Origin: Callorhinchus milii
Taxonomy: Eukaryota
DNA length: 64,000 nucleotides
Assembly (NCBI RefSeq): GCF_018977255.1
Contig: NW_024704743.1
Coordinates: forward strand, 94,304,001-94,368,000
Direction of reading: 5' to 3'
A program made the position numbers and the translations under genes. The notes under the pieces are model-generated. The model worked only from the letters and a program-made list of their open reading frames with translations. It was not told the DNA's origin and made no database searches. Shown here one piece after another: positions 37,631 through 50,925 of the stretch (position 1 is its first letter; every line of letters begins with the position of its first letter).

Positions 37631-38340
37631 ATAAGAACAGCTAGACGAAAAAAGACCAAGGTCCATCTAGTTCGTCGTCCACCTTCCTGGTGGTCGCATG
37701 CACATATATCCCAAACTACCTATGTACTATATCCCATAATGTTACTTCCAAAAAGAAAACTATCCAATCTGTGTTTGAAAGAATCAACACTTCCTGCTTC
37801 AACTGTCTCCCTAGGGAGCCTGTCCCACAGGTTCCCTATTCGCTCACTGAAATAGTGTTTGCGTAGATTCTGAATTTCCCCCACTGCAATCGCAGGCCAT
37901 GTCCTTTGGTTTTACTATTCTGGACAAGTTGAAACAGTCTGTCATGGTCTATATTGTCTTTTCTCTTTAGAATCTTAAAGACAGTATCATGTCGTCTCTC
38001 AATCCTCTCTTTTCCAGCGTGAACATACCCAATTTACTTCATCGCTCCTCATAGTCCAGTCCCTCCATTCCCTCAATCATTTTGGTTGCTCTCATCAGTA
38101 TCTTCTCGATTTCTCCAATATCCTTTTTGTACTGTGGCAACCACAATTGTACACAGTACTTTAAGAAGTATGGTCTCACCAATGATTTATACAGCGGCAG
38201 GATTATCCCACTATTTCAGCTTGTCATTGATCTTTTAATACATCCCTTTACTCACTGCCACAGAGTATTGTTGGGAGAGCTTCAATTTATTGTCAATCAG
38301 AACCCCCAGGTACTTTTCCTTTTCCATACATATTATTTTT
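37631..38340 (-). mobile_element. Decayed CR1 fragment nested in a Deu SINE (37445-37630 and 38345-38565)
   Basis: Minus strand has CR1 ORF2-like TACTGTGTACAATTGTGG and GACTGGACTATGAGGAG. The SINE Deu domain resumes at AATAGTGCCATGGGA. Confidence 0.7.
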
Positions 38341-39695
38341 CTTCCGTTCCAATAGTGCCATGGGAGGTATAACATCCATCTGAACAGGCAGATAAGCCCT
38401 TAGTTTAAACATCTTATTCAAAGAATAGCACATCCGACAATGCAGCACAACCTAAGGATTGTTTTGCAGTATTGTCTAAACTAGATGAATTCAAAGTCCC
38501 AACCAAGAACCCACAACCTGTGACTTGGAGGTGATAGAGCTATCAACTGACTCACAACTGTCATCAGATCCCACTTGCTTTTCCTTCCCATCCAATGGAA
38601 TATTTTAAAATTGTTTTATTGATCCTAAAAGGATGAAGTGAGTGTACAGGGTTCAAACTTTAAAGTTTTTCGTCTCAAGTCTGGGGATTGTTGGCCAGGA
38701 CACCAGGAGAATCAACCTTCGCTTTTCGAACAGTGCCTTGGGACCTTTAACATCCACCTGAACAGGTAGATTAACTGACTGAGCAACCCTGAGTGTTGTA
38801 TTCATTACATGAACTTCAAATGTAATTTTAAAAAAACAGCGTTTTACCTCACAATAAATTGAAAGCTTCTCAGAACGCTTTGCTTGCAAAGGCCATGGTA
38901 GTGATTACCCATAATTTCAAAACTATAGCTCTTCACTTTTTAAAATTAGAAAAGGATTGCTTCAGGGCTCTGTCCTGGGTGAAGGGTGCTTTATAAATGC
39001 AAGTTGTTGATGATGTTAAATGTTCAGGACTGGAAAATATTAATATTAATAAGCTAATACCAAAATAATTTACAAAAAAGTTGTCATTTTTAATGTTAGA
39101 AGCTTCCGTATACTGTTTTTTTCTGTAAGCCTGCTCTTAATATATTGAAATGTAACGTTTGCTGACAGTGTACACTGGCAGTTGCATTTTAAAATTCCAT
39201 GAGATCAATTAGTGTGTGCGAATATTTTGAAATTAAACGATATTACTCACTAAAGCTAAATAAATCGATAAGGCAGTCAAAATTCCACTCAGGGCGTTTT
39301 AATCGATCAGCACCATGGGATGGCATTACAACACACCAGTGTGAAATTTTCCAATTCGTACACTATCCTGTCATTATCCTGTGGCTTCTCTGAATGAACC
39401 TGACAATTTTGTGCCTGCTTATGGCCAAAGTGTACTGTGAGCCCACGACTAATGGGAATGGGTTGAGACTGTCCAATTTAATTTCACACTTGGATACTCT
39501 TTTGTCCCATTAGTCTGGGTTGGATTCAAACCTATTTTCTAGTGGGTAAAGGGCACTGTGGTAACAGAGCACACCACCGAGTCCCTCATTTACACTCACA
39601 GGCAGAAGGTTCAGCAATATCCCAACAGACCCCTTGGACATGCTTACAATATCCATCAGGTCAGTAAATGAAACGTTATTATGAAAACCGCTTAC

Positions 39696-39784
39696 CTATT
39701 CTTGTTTTCTAGCTCAGCAATCAACTGCCTCTGCTGCTTGTTTGCATCAATAGTGAAGGACAGATCAGCAGGAGCTCGTTGCTG
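39696..39784 (-). CDS. DTNA: Alpha-dystrobrevin exon ([30 protein letters not shown])
   Basis: 89 nt, phase 0 to 2, TAGCAG acceptor, GTAAGC donor. Confidence 0.96.
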
Positions 39785-41334
39785 CTAGAATAGGCAAAAC
39801 AAAGAGGTGAAAGGATGTTAAATTGTGGCATTTTTGCTGCACCTATTGTAGCATACTAATGCAGGATGCAGCAAGGCTGCATCAAGAATTTGTTCACTGA
39901 ACAGGTCATTTATATGCACAAATAACATTTTTTTCTCCTTTCGTGCTAAACAGTCCTATTCCTTCATAGACCCATGTGTTGAAAATCCGCTGCCTTTGAA
40001 AGTATGAAAGTGGGATGATCCTGCAATAAGATGATCCATATCCCACTTTATCTGCAGATCAGTGGAAAGCATCAGCGATTGGGGCTCCAACATGGAAGTG
40101 ACTATGGTAACAAAAGATCTATCAGACCACTCAACGGTGATGTCAGCCCCTCTTTTAACATTTTCATTGCAAAGCAGTTTTTTTAAGAAAAGCTGGCAAG
40201 CTGCTAAGGTATACTGTTCGAAGTGCTGTAATAAGTTTAGATGCTCTAGCCAGTCTTTACATGCACCTTTTTTACTTAAACTAATTTCAAATAAGTTGCA
40301 AGACTTGTTAAGCCCTTTAAGTCAACTTAAATAGCAGTGCTACATGCTAAAAGCAACAAAATCATGTTGCAAATCAAAGGTTTTTAAAAGAAATATTTCA
40401 GCCAGATTTTGATCTACAGATTAGTCACAGTGAGAAAACCATTGAGTAAGAACTAGTTTAATTTGGGTTAGCTGCATAAGGGATGATTCTAAGTTTAATT
40501 TTCTCTTTTTTTACAAATACAATTTAAATAAGAATTCTAATTTATTAAGAATGAAAGAAAACTTTCTTGATGAAATTAATCCTCAGTGTGTGGAGTGAAC
40601 AGCGATTTACAAAAGATGTTCTGGCAATTGATTAAAAAAGATTCTAAGATCTTAAAAAAATATTTTATTGTTTAATTCTGAAGGAGGAAGAAAAATGTAT
40701 TTTGATTCTAAAAGAGGAAGAAAATTGCCTATTTGACAAACTCTGCGTCACAAAATGGTTATAGGTTTAATCCAAAACCACACTAGGAAGGGTTAGAGCG
40801 TAAATTATATTTTTTGGCAGTTCTCCACTGAAAGTAATAATTGTTTAATTTGCTATAGCGACTTATTACTTTGTCCACGTTACTTTACTTTATCTGATAC
40901 CTCAAATCACACCAGTGTTGGAAACAAAATTGCCAACTTTTGTACAAAGAGTCGAAAGAAACAAAATGATAACCTTAACGACCAAGAGACATTCTTTAAA
41001 TGTCTCACCCTTCAGATAATATGTTTGGGGAAATTCAAAATCCTGTCAATGTGAAATGGTTTACATTGGAATGCAATATATGGGCTGTCCCATATATTGC
41101 ACTATTTGGGGCAGCCCATCTGAAACCCATACAGTCACCAAGTCAGCAAATCTCTGCACCTAAAATATGTTCTCTGCTGTGGGAATATCTCAAATAATAC
41201 ATTTCCTTATACTAAATACCACAAAAGCCCATGAAAAGAAAAATTACCAAGTTTTATTAACGTTTACTTTGCAATATTTCAACTTGAAATCATTTAGCAT
41301 TCAGTCAACCGTACCTGTAATGTTAAAAATTGGA

Positions 41335-41617
41335 AAACAACAACAACAACTTGGAGTTATATAGCGCCCTCCACGCTGGACGGCGTCTCAGAGGGCTTCA
41401 CAGTAATGGATCCCGGAGCCGAGCCAGGGCGAAGAAGATGACCAAAGGTGTGGTCGAAAAGAAAGGTCTTGAGCCAAGACCTGAAAATAGGAAGAGAGGG
41501 GGCGAGGCGAAGGGAGTGGGGAAGGGAGTTCCAGAGCCTTGGGGCGTAGTGGCTGAAGGCACAGCTGCCGATGGTGGAGTGGAGGATTCGGGGGACAAGG
41601 AGGAGGCCAGACCTGGT
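41335..41617 (-). mobile_element. L2 type-B 3' fragment
   Basis: Reverse complement closely matches 55240-55529. Confidence 0.85.
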
Positions 41618-42647
41618 GTAAATATAAACAAATACTGCAGATGTGCCAAAATATATTGTGAAATGTTCTGCTTTTCCAGCTGCTGGTGAAGCAAATTGAT
41701 TTTATGATAATATTGATTTTCTTTGCAGTTAACATTCATGTCAAGAAGACAGCACAAAGCGCATTATAGGATTTTATACGGGGCTGGAACCTAAAACCTT
41801 CTGACTTGGAGATATAAGTGTTATCAACTAAGCCTGACTGATAGCTGAACAAAATATACTGCTTTTATCTTTAGTGCATTGTCTTCGGTATAAAATACCT
41901 CATATTTGCTGAGAAAGTGTCGTGACTGTATTTTGTAGGCAAATATCCTGACTATTAAAAATAAATAATGTCATGATGACTCGATGACCACATTCGGTAG
42001 TTGTAAAAAGATTTCTTTAGAACTTGAATGGTTTAAATAGGGAAAATGACTTCAATCAATTATATAAATCGAGTTATTTACAGATTTACTGAAAGTTTGA
42101 AAATATCACCTGCAATGCAAAGCAAAAAAAATCTACTTTGGAAGAAAATATACTGGTTTTATCTTTAGGATAAGGTCTTTTTAAAATTCCTCATATTTGC
42201 TGATATGCCAGTAAAATGCCTACATAATACATCTTCATTCTTTGATAATGAAGCTACATAAAAATATTCCTAATCCATCAAAACATTCAATTCCTAATAT
42301 TGATTTTTTAAAAAATTGTTTGAAAACTACAGCAAGAAACCAAGATGCAAAAGCAAGACACGTTGCACAAAATAGGCTTAAGTTCCTTGAAGATACTCTT
42401 GTTTATTTATATACCTGTGATGATAATAATAATCCTTGCAATTGATATAACGCCTTATTACGTCTTCGAGACGTCTCAAAGAGCTTCACAGAATATACTG
42501 TAAAGTGAATTAACTGTATATTTTGTAGGCGAAGCATGCAACCTGTGCTGAGCATAACTGCAATAATAGTGATAAACTTGGAACAATTTGTTCAGCTGCA
42601 ACCAATTCAAGACCGAGAAAAAGTTGGCCGGTTGGCTCACTACTTAC

Positions 42648-42735
42648 TGTAGATGCTGCCTCTGCCGCAAGTCGGGCTGCGTACCGTGCTATCAGTCGAT
42701 GCTCTTCGTCCAGTCTGCTTGGACTGTCAAGGACA
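42648..42735 (-). CDS. DTNA: Alpha-dystrobrevin syntrophin-binding exon ([29 protein letters not shown])
   Basis: 88 nt, phase 2 to 0, TTTCTTCACAG acceptor, GTAAGT donor. Confidence 0.97.
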
Positions 42736-43582
42736 CTGTGAAGAAAGCATAAACGTCTATTGAGCTGGCTCCATTCATGTCAGAGTTCTCACACTCCCTG
42801 AAGTTGCAGTTTGTGCTAATGTGCTTTGCTGAGTACCAGGTTCCCTTTGAATTTATGTGTTAGTTACCATAGCAACATTTCCTTCACCCTTGATGCATAG
42901 GTATCTACTTTAGAGTGTGGCATTCCATCGGGTTGCTTTCATTTGTAAAATGTATAAATTAATGTAGAAGAAAAAGCAGATATCAAGCAGAGTGCCTCTG
43001 TAACAAACCATTCACACTCACTTCCACTGCATGGATTAAACTAAACACTGAGAAAGAATATTCAATGTCATCAAATACTGGTATTCAACTATTTTCTGAT
43101 TTTATGGCTCAACCACAATAAAAGTAAATCTAAAATGATTTTGTTCATGGTCATTTGTTTGAGATATTTATTCCGTACTCATTTTCTAATACTTCCAGAG
43201 CTTAGAAGAGCTGAGCTCAGAATGAGGAGAGATGATAGATATTCCTTTAATAACATTCTTAAATGAAATATGCATAATTATTAGATGATGGTTTATAGGT
43301 TCTTACACTAGTTAATGCAGGTCTGAAAACTCATCATTTGGTAAGTAGAAGAAGATGTTAACATTTTTAAATAATAAAGTAATAATCCTTGCATTTGATA
43401 CACCACCTTATCGTGTCATCACAATGAGCTTCACAGGATTTTACTATAAAGTATAGTGACTGTTTTATTTTATATCAATTTGCTCACAGCAATGTCTCTC
43501 AAACAGTTATGAAAGTGAATGACCTTTCTAAAAAATTGTGCGGTGGTGGGATATTGTTGACCAGGACACCGGGAGATGTGAC

Positions 43583-43810
43583 CGTTGTGCAGGTAGGTAC
43601 TGGAATGCATTGCCTGAAAGGGTGGTGGAAGTCGATTTAATAACAACTTTTAAGAGAGAAGTAGATAATTATTTGGGGAGGACAAGTTTGCAGGGCTAAA
43701 GGGGAGAGAGCAAGGGAGTGGGATTGATTTGGATAGCTCTTTTCAAAGAGCCGGCACAGACACGATGGGCCGAATGGCCTCCTTCTGTGCTGTAAAGTTC
43801 TGTGATTCTA
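43583..43810 (+). mobile_element. CR1 3' fragment
   Basis: TGGAATGCATTGCCTGAAAGGGTGGTGG...GATGGGCCGAATGGCCTCCTTCTGTGCTGT. Confidence 0.8.
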
Positions 43811-46800
43811 CGTTGGTTGGCTAGTGAGTAACAAGACAGTACAAATTCAAGGCAATTACAAATAGGAGAAGTTAGAAATGAAACTTTACACTGAGGGTGG
43901 TGAAGATGTGAAAATCTCCACTGTAACATTCTATGATTCTAGGCTTATAATGACAACTGGTAAAGTGATCTGTCTGATGAGAGGTAATAGAGTGGGGGAA
44001 CTTACATGGTTAGTCAGGTCACCTGGAGAAACTCCCTTCTCTTTTCAAATGGTGTTATGGGATTTTTAATGTCCACCTGATGATGGGCAGAGGGGATGTC
44101 AATTTTAAATGCTTCAGTGCAAAACACGTGAGAGTGGTTGCTGAGGGTGATGCTTCGGTCTGGACTAGCTCAGATTGGTTGCTTTTTTTTAGTTTTTGTT
44201 CCCCTCTTACTACACAATAATCCACAATCCACAGAGAAATGTGCTTCCGGGCTTCTGAATACATTGTCCTGTAACTACCCACTAAAGAATGTAGGAAGGC
44301 AAGCCAATTATTTTCTCTCTCCCTTTCCGTAGACAACTGCCTGGTCTTCATTCAATGTCTCCTCTGAGAAGTGTTTGTTTAGACTGAATTTCTGAATGAA
44401 AGACTATTGGCCACTGGACAAGGAATTCAATTGGACATTTCTATTTGCCATCAATAGAAATCCTGAACTAAGCACAAGCATTTTTTGGCAAGCTAATTCG
44501 TAGTCATTATGTCTCAATCGGAAAAAACAATTATTGTGTCAGTTGCAAATAATAATTTGGATGCCTGCATGGCTCATTTTAAAGTGTAACATCCAGTCAT
44601 TCAGTGTGCAGAACACTCACCAGTCAACAGTCAAGTCATGTCATGGTATTCATTAGAAATTATTGTCCATATTGCACAGCAAACTAACAATAGCCCATTT
44701 GTGACAATGAGTTTTGAGATTTCTTTCACTCATATCAAAGCCCATTGTACCACATTTGTAATGTCAGGAAACATTGTTCTCTTGGTCTATTTTTGATATT
44801 TGACACTCTAGAAAATGTGAAACACTAAAAGGTAAGAAAAATCAACTTACAGTCACATTTGTTCCGACACTAGGTGGCAAAGTTGATTTCTGTTGAGCTA
44901 AAACGATTATTCCAAATGGAGCATTATATTTAATGATCCTTGCATTTAATATGGTCCCTTATCAGCCACATCAACACAGCTAAGAGGTGAATAACCAATT
45001 AACGTAGAGGATTGTTGGCCAAGGAGACACTCCTTCCAGTAGATAGACATCAAGAAAACTACCAATTCATTTCTTCAGTCAGAATATGTTTAATAAGATT
45101 TTATGGATGGGCGGACCACTGTCACAAAATGGCAGTTCATTTCATTCTGTCTCAGTATAGTACTTCCGAGAATGCTACGGTAAAATGCTGAACTCAGCAG
45201 AGGGAGTAATCCTTCACAGCAAACATATGTCAAGTAGTCCTTCTGTGGTAATTGATTACCAACATCATCATTTACTCAAGAAGTTTTCAATGTCACCTTC
45301 GACCACAATTGCAGTACAGCTGAAACCTCACGAAGTTACAATCAATCTCACGATGCAATTTACTCATTGCCACAAATAAAAAGGTTTTGTGGAGAAGCAC
45401 AATCCCCATCAACATTAGTTGTTACAACGCTAACATATTTAGTTATAGATTTGTCATTTTGTAGTTGGCGAAACAGAAGATATTATACTAATGCCATTAA
45501 AATTTGTGCCTACTGCTTTTGCTTACATGGCACTGCCATTTAATGGGATAAATTTGTAATACTAGTACATAACTGATTTATTGTACAGCGAGAACATATT
45601 AGTCTTGCACAAATGTGTAAAATCCTAGTTATGATGCTAATAACTATCATTTTTCTCAGCATGGCATTGGGATTGGTATGGGACCTTCTTCATCCAAACT
45701 AGTCTTGTTCTCTGGTGACTTGTCAATCTAATCTAACACTAACAAGTTCAGTGCTCAGAGTCTCGAATAAATAGCATAATCGAAGGCTTTCAGCATTTCA
45801 AAGACCTGATTGTTTTGTTAGAATATGGAAATCCTAATCAAGAATGACTGTTCAAAGCAAGTCCATGATAATATTTAAAAGGCAACGATTTAATACTTGA
45901 GGAAAATAACATTAAAATCTACAAGCCAAGAGTAGGGAATGAGAGCAATACAACTCTGGTGGAGGAGCAAGCATAGGATCAGATATGAATGTGCTATAAA
46001 TTCTATCATACCTTATCATCAATCTTCTCTTCTGTAATAAAACTAAATTTAAGGACTGAGCTTTTGTTCATAACCTAGAGCCTTGCATTAAGTTTAATAA
46101 TTATTCCAAAAATGTCAACATTAATATAACATTTTAAAGTACTTGGTTTTGTACTGTATTATTAATTTCACAAGATGGATTACACACACACAAATCTATA
46201 CATACTGTATATCACAAAATTGCATTCACAAACATGAAGCTGAAGTTTTCATCTTTTAGATTAGTTTGCTTACGGCTTTGTAATTATTTTAAAAACTGGT
46301 GTAGATTTTCATGACACTTTCATCAAATGAAAAATGTGTTGTAATATTCCTCTCCCGGTCAAAGCTTACATTGTAAATCATTGCAATGTGCACTTATTCT
46401 GGATTCACCAAAGGCAACTCTGAATTCTAACTTATCACCCGAAATAGAGAACTTCTAATTACAAAGCTTCAAATTATACACACTATATATACAATAAAAA
46501 CATTTCATTGAAAAACACAGAAGCAATCAGACAAGAGTAAAAATACATGTTCAGTTTCTGCACTCAAGATTTATAACTGTGCAATTTTCAGCTTTTATTT
46601 TTACCTGATTTGATGACTCCACACTGGGGTTGGGGGGGAAGGGGGAGAATTACTAATCTTGGTTTCAGTGGTGTTTGTTTGTTTGATTCTGAGTTGGAAG
46701 TTAACTGTCTGAGGTAGGCAAATTTAATCCGATAAAAACACAAACTATTCATAATCTATGTACACAAATATTCCAGATACACCACAAATACCCTCTAATT

Positions 46801-47990
46801 TTGTCAGTAATTCTTGTTAAATACTGTAATACCTTCACCAAGTCCTTTTTCTCACAAAACTTATTCTTGTTTTTTTGTGGTTCAGCAATGCATCACACAC
46901 CGTCACTACAGCAACAAGCAATTTGTTGAAATAAATATTGTTACTCATGGAGTTGGATAGGGCATTGGGAATATCATAGAAGCCTGAAATACAGTCTCAG
47001 ATTCAGACATTGGCGGGTTGTTAGATATGGCAAGTGAAACACGGGATCATCTAGAATTTCAGGAGTGCAAGAGTGAGGCAACAAACAACAAATTAACTTT
47101 GTATAGTGCCTTTCAGTACAGGCAAGAGAGAGGTGGGAACAAGACATTACCAGCGCAGGAGAAAGGCCAGAGAGAAGCTAAGAGAGTTTGTGAAGGACCC
47201 ATTGCCGTGTCACAAGAGAGCTTGGTTAGGACTACTCAGATTGCCGCACACGAGTTCACCAGCCACCACTAGATTCAGGGATAAATTACTTAAGCATCAC
47301 CTGTTTAGAATGTCACCTGTTGATCGAATTGCTGCCTTCAACTCATGTTAGTTCACTTCCTTTAGCAACTGGAACAAAATAGCTTTTTAAATAAAGAAAC
47401 TATCATATGATGAAATAGAACTGTCAGCTTCCCACAACACCGACTTCAGAGAGCAGACTAAATCCTATCCTGTAAATTCTACTGGGTCTAGAATTACTGA
47501 ATCAGAACACAAGCTCCATCAATATGACCAAATGGTACTTTAATATTTATCACTGGTCTAATTTTAAACGTTTTCCCCCCAAACATAAAATGACAAAGCT
47601 TTGGCTTTCAGAATGCAACAGATCGGTTACTCACTTCGTGTTCAACAGGTACATCTACATCTTTGACCACAAGATTCCTTTGTTGTATGTATCTGAATTA
47701 ACAGGAACTTGCCTCGTTTTGTTTCAAAATCATTTGGAGTATCATGTTCAACCACCAACGCTGATAGTTTCTTTCATGTACCAAACACCTTTTTCACAAA
47801 ACATCTGCAATTGTCATTCTGTTTTGATGTATTGTGTTGTATGTTCTCCTCTTGAAGATATGACTTTTTTGTCCTTGAATTTTGTACAGGGCAGAAACAT
47901 TTTTCTGATTTTCCGCCCCTGGATAAAAGGTACTTTATTATAATGTGAGTTAGCTTATATTACAGTTGGGATGTTGACCCCAATATTTAC

Positions 47991-48167
47991 TTATCCAAAA
48001 AATCCAAAGTGCAAGAGCTGGCTCCATAAACACAATGTGCAAGAGATGACACTGGTGGTGACTGATAACCTGGATGTTGGCCATTTGGTTTTCCAGGCCA
48101 CTGATTGGTGTTTTGAAGACCATATATGTGCACAGTGAATAAGGAATCTCTGACTGGTGATCGTGTC
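47991..48167 (-). CDS. Candidate additional DTNA cassette exon (TRSPVRDSLFTVHIYGLQNTNQWPGKPNGQHPGYQSPPVSSLAHCVYGASSCTLDFLD)
   Basis: 177 nt, CAG/GTAAAT, symmetric phase 2 like its neighbours, stop-free. The pyrimidine tract is weak and I recognise no homology. Confidence 0.4.
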   Translation of the reverse strand, partial: DTITSQRFLIHCAHIWSSKHQSVAWKTKWPTSRLSVTTSVISCTLCLWSQLLHFGFFG

Positions 48168-49013
48168 CTGTTATAGCATTGGTTTGGAATTCTGTGGAAC
48201 ACCAATTATCGCATTGTAATGGGACTGCAGTAAAGTTTCATTAAACAAAATATGCTTGAGATTTATGATTGTGTAAAAGCTGTTACCATCATCTCACTTA
48301 AAGTCAGGCCATGAAATACAGCTGCAAATGTAACATTAACAATTAGTGACAATCCTAGTCTGAGTTTTAATGATGGAACTGCAACAGGAAAACCACACAT
48401 TCCACAATGTGTACAACATCATGAAATTGGAATTATACCAGCAAGCAGATTATGAAGGTAATTCGTTAGAATCAAAGGAGTTAGTATTCTCTGTGAAATG
48501 CATCAAGACTGACCATTGAGGTAAAAGTAACAAGTTCGGTTACCAATCGAATGACTGCAAATATCACTATAGCTTTGGTCAAGTAGAGCAAGTTTGGGGG
48601 CAAGTACAGGTCAGAGCTCTGAAACTGAGGTGAAGGGAGGAAGGAGCTGCGGGAAATGCAGATTGATGTGGAGTACAATCAAAGTAAATAAGAAATCAAA
48701 ATACTCAGAAATCAGGTAGCTTCCAATACAAATTGAATGTTTATCTACACAAAAATGGGGTCTAACTACGATACATTTTCTTGACGCATTTAACACACAG
48801 ATCAAACTTTCCAAGTGTTAAATTTAATTTTTGATCTCATCCTTAAATATTTAAATCTGTAGTCCAACCATCTTTTCTACAAGCATCACAAGATCTTAGG
48901 TTTGCAAGCCATCTGCACACAAGTTATTTTTACGTCACTGAAACGTTAGATGAAGTTCCTCAAAATGGGCTGCATTATTATTTCCACGCTGCAGAAAAGT
49001 AACCTTCACTAAC

Positions 49014-49097
49014 CATGAGTAATTGTGCTGAAGAAGGTTGACATAGTGCCCAATCACAAAATGTTCATCACTCAGTCTATCAAGGCTGTGCTGTAAC
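49014..49097 (-). CDS. DTNA: Alpha-dystrobrevin variable-region syntrophin-binding exon (LQHSLDRLSDEHFVIGHYVNLLQHNYS)
   Basis: 84 nt, phase 2 to 2; matches the recalled IQYSLNVADRLADEHVLIGLYVNML, three residues shorter. Confidence 0.9.
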
Positions 49098-49585
49098 CTA
49101 GAATAATGGAAATGTCAAGAAAGAAACAGAACAGAAACAAAGAAAAATAAAGGCAGGGTAAATAAAACAAGAATTCGGAAAGAAGCAAAACAAAGCGATT
49201 CATTGCACATTTGTGTGTCTCTCTTCTGCCTTGAGACATTCAATCCACAATTCACTGCACTTTATCACTAGGATAGAAAGTATGTTTGCAGGCTCTATGA
49301 CTGAAGCAGGGGATGGAATTACAGAGGCTGAACATTATTAGTATTATGGACAGCGCTGTCAAATTTATAGAACATGCTTTACTCCTTATGTTAAATTTCT
49401 AATGGGCTAATTTGTTCTACAGTTGCAACAAGGTTTACTACATGAAGTGCTGTTGCAAAATGTCTGGAACCACCATATGTTAATTTTAAGTATTAGAATT
49501 CTTTGTTAATATGGGGCTTGAGGTTATCCTTTTTGTAGTATTAGTGGTTTGTCCTGGATAACTGCAAGTGTTCCTTGATACTCAC

Positions 49586-49663
49586 CCTTTGCCCTTCAGC
49601 AAAGTTGGAGCTGCCCTAGCCAACAGTTTGTTCTGTTCTACTTCATTAATCTTGCTGGAAAAG
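49586..49663 (-). CDS. DTNA: Alpha-dystrobrevin variable-region exon (FSSKINEVEQNKLLARAAPTLLKGKG)
   Basis: 78 nt, phase 2 to 2, GTGAGT donor; matches EVEQNKLLARAAPAFLKGKG; in-frame alternative AG 9 nt inside. Confidence 0.92.
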
Positions 49664-50094
49664 CTATTTAACAAAATAAGAGGACTAAGCAAGGAATAAG
49701 CAACAAAAAACAGGAAAACATATTAAAGCACAAATGAAAATGGAATCTGAAGTGAAACCAAATCTCCTGGAGAAATCAATCAACTGAAAAAAACAGGTAC
49801 AATCACATCTTACAGAGTAAAGGTGTGAAATAAAACTTTGAATATCGTAATGGAAACAAACTCAAAAATTAGACAATAATAATCTTAAATCAAAATAGTA
49901 ATAATAAGCATGAGAACAATAACAACTGGGTCATAGTAAAAGTGGTAATTTTTGTTGTGAGAACTGTGGATAATATTAAACCAAGCACAGTACTAAAGAT
50001 ACTTTCCTTTCTGCCTTCACTCTTCAGAAGTTTCAAATGTCTTAGAAAGAAAATAAAAACTTTTTTGTAGCATGTTGTCACACAAAAAGATCTC

Positions 50095-50425
50095 GTACCT
50101 TATTACTTAACGACTGTAGAGTATAGTCACTGTTTTGGAAAGCAAACATGGTAGCCAAGATCCCACATTCATATGGTGAATGAACAATTCATCAGGAAGT
50201 ATGTTGGAGAGGACGTAGGGAGAAACTGCTATTTACTTTTAAATACCATCTTGGGTATTTAACGTGCACCATTGAAGAATAGGCAGATGGGACTTTGGTT
50301 TAAAGTCTCATCCGAAAGACAGCACCTCCCGCAATGCAGTACTCCCAGTACTGCACTGGAGCATCAGCCTAGATGAAAACCTCAAGTCAAGTGCGGGGCT
50401 TTAGAGGTGAGAGTACTGTACCACC
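50095..50425 (-). mobile_element. Old Deu-domain SINE
   Basis: GTCTCATCCGAAAGACAGCACCTCC...GTACTGCACTGGAG is the reverse of the Deu core. Confidence 0.7.
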
Positions 50426-50509
50426 AACTGTTGTTCACTTGGTGAAGATCTCTTTGCTGTGATTAGCTGTTTAAAAGCTTTAACATAGGAAAATCACTTC
50501 AATTACAGC

Positions 50510-50925
50510 CCTATCTGGCTCCCATCAGTGCCTCCATACCTCAGGCGCTGACAGCATCACCATCACCTTACTAAGCCAGTCCAAACCTTGACGTCCATGG
50601 CCTAGCTCCCCTCTACCTCTGCGACCTCCCAAACCCTACCAACCTGCTCGCTCCCTCCACTTAGCGGGCTCCCGCCTTACCCGTTCCACCATCAGTGGAC
50701 AGGCCTTCAGCCACTCTGCCAGAAGTCCCTCCACCTCATCTCCTTCAGGACCTGTCTCAAGACCCTTCTCTTCGACTGTGCTTTTGATCATCCTGCTTCC
50801 TTCCCGCCCTCCACCCTCCTCAATCCCGACCCCCAGGTTGGGACCGAAACACTGAATGTCCAGCGCCTTGGGACGTCCTCCCGATGTGAAAGGCATTTAA
50901 AAAAAAATTGTTGTTGTTGTTGTTG
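50510..50925 (+). mobile_element. L2 3' fragment
   Basis: Ends CAGCGCCTTGGGACGTCCTCCCGATGTGAAAGGC...(TTG)n. Confidence 0.8.

Noticed and set aside
42648..42735. Assignment to beta-dystrobrevin ([12 protein letters not shown] resembles DTNB)
   Set aside because: The alpha-specific EVEQNKLLARAAP exon and the tyrosine tail exons are present. The resemblance is probably retained ancestral sequence.
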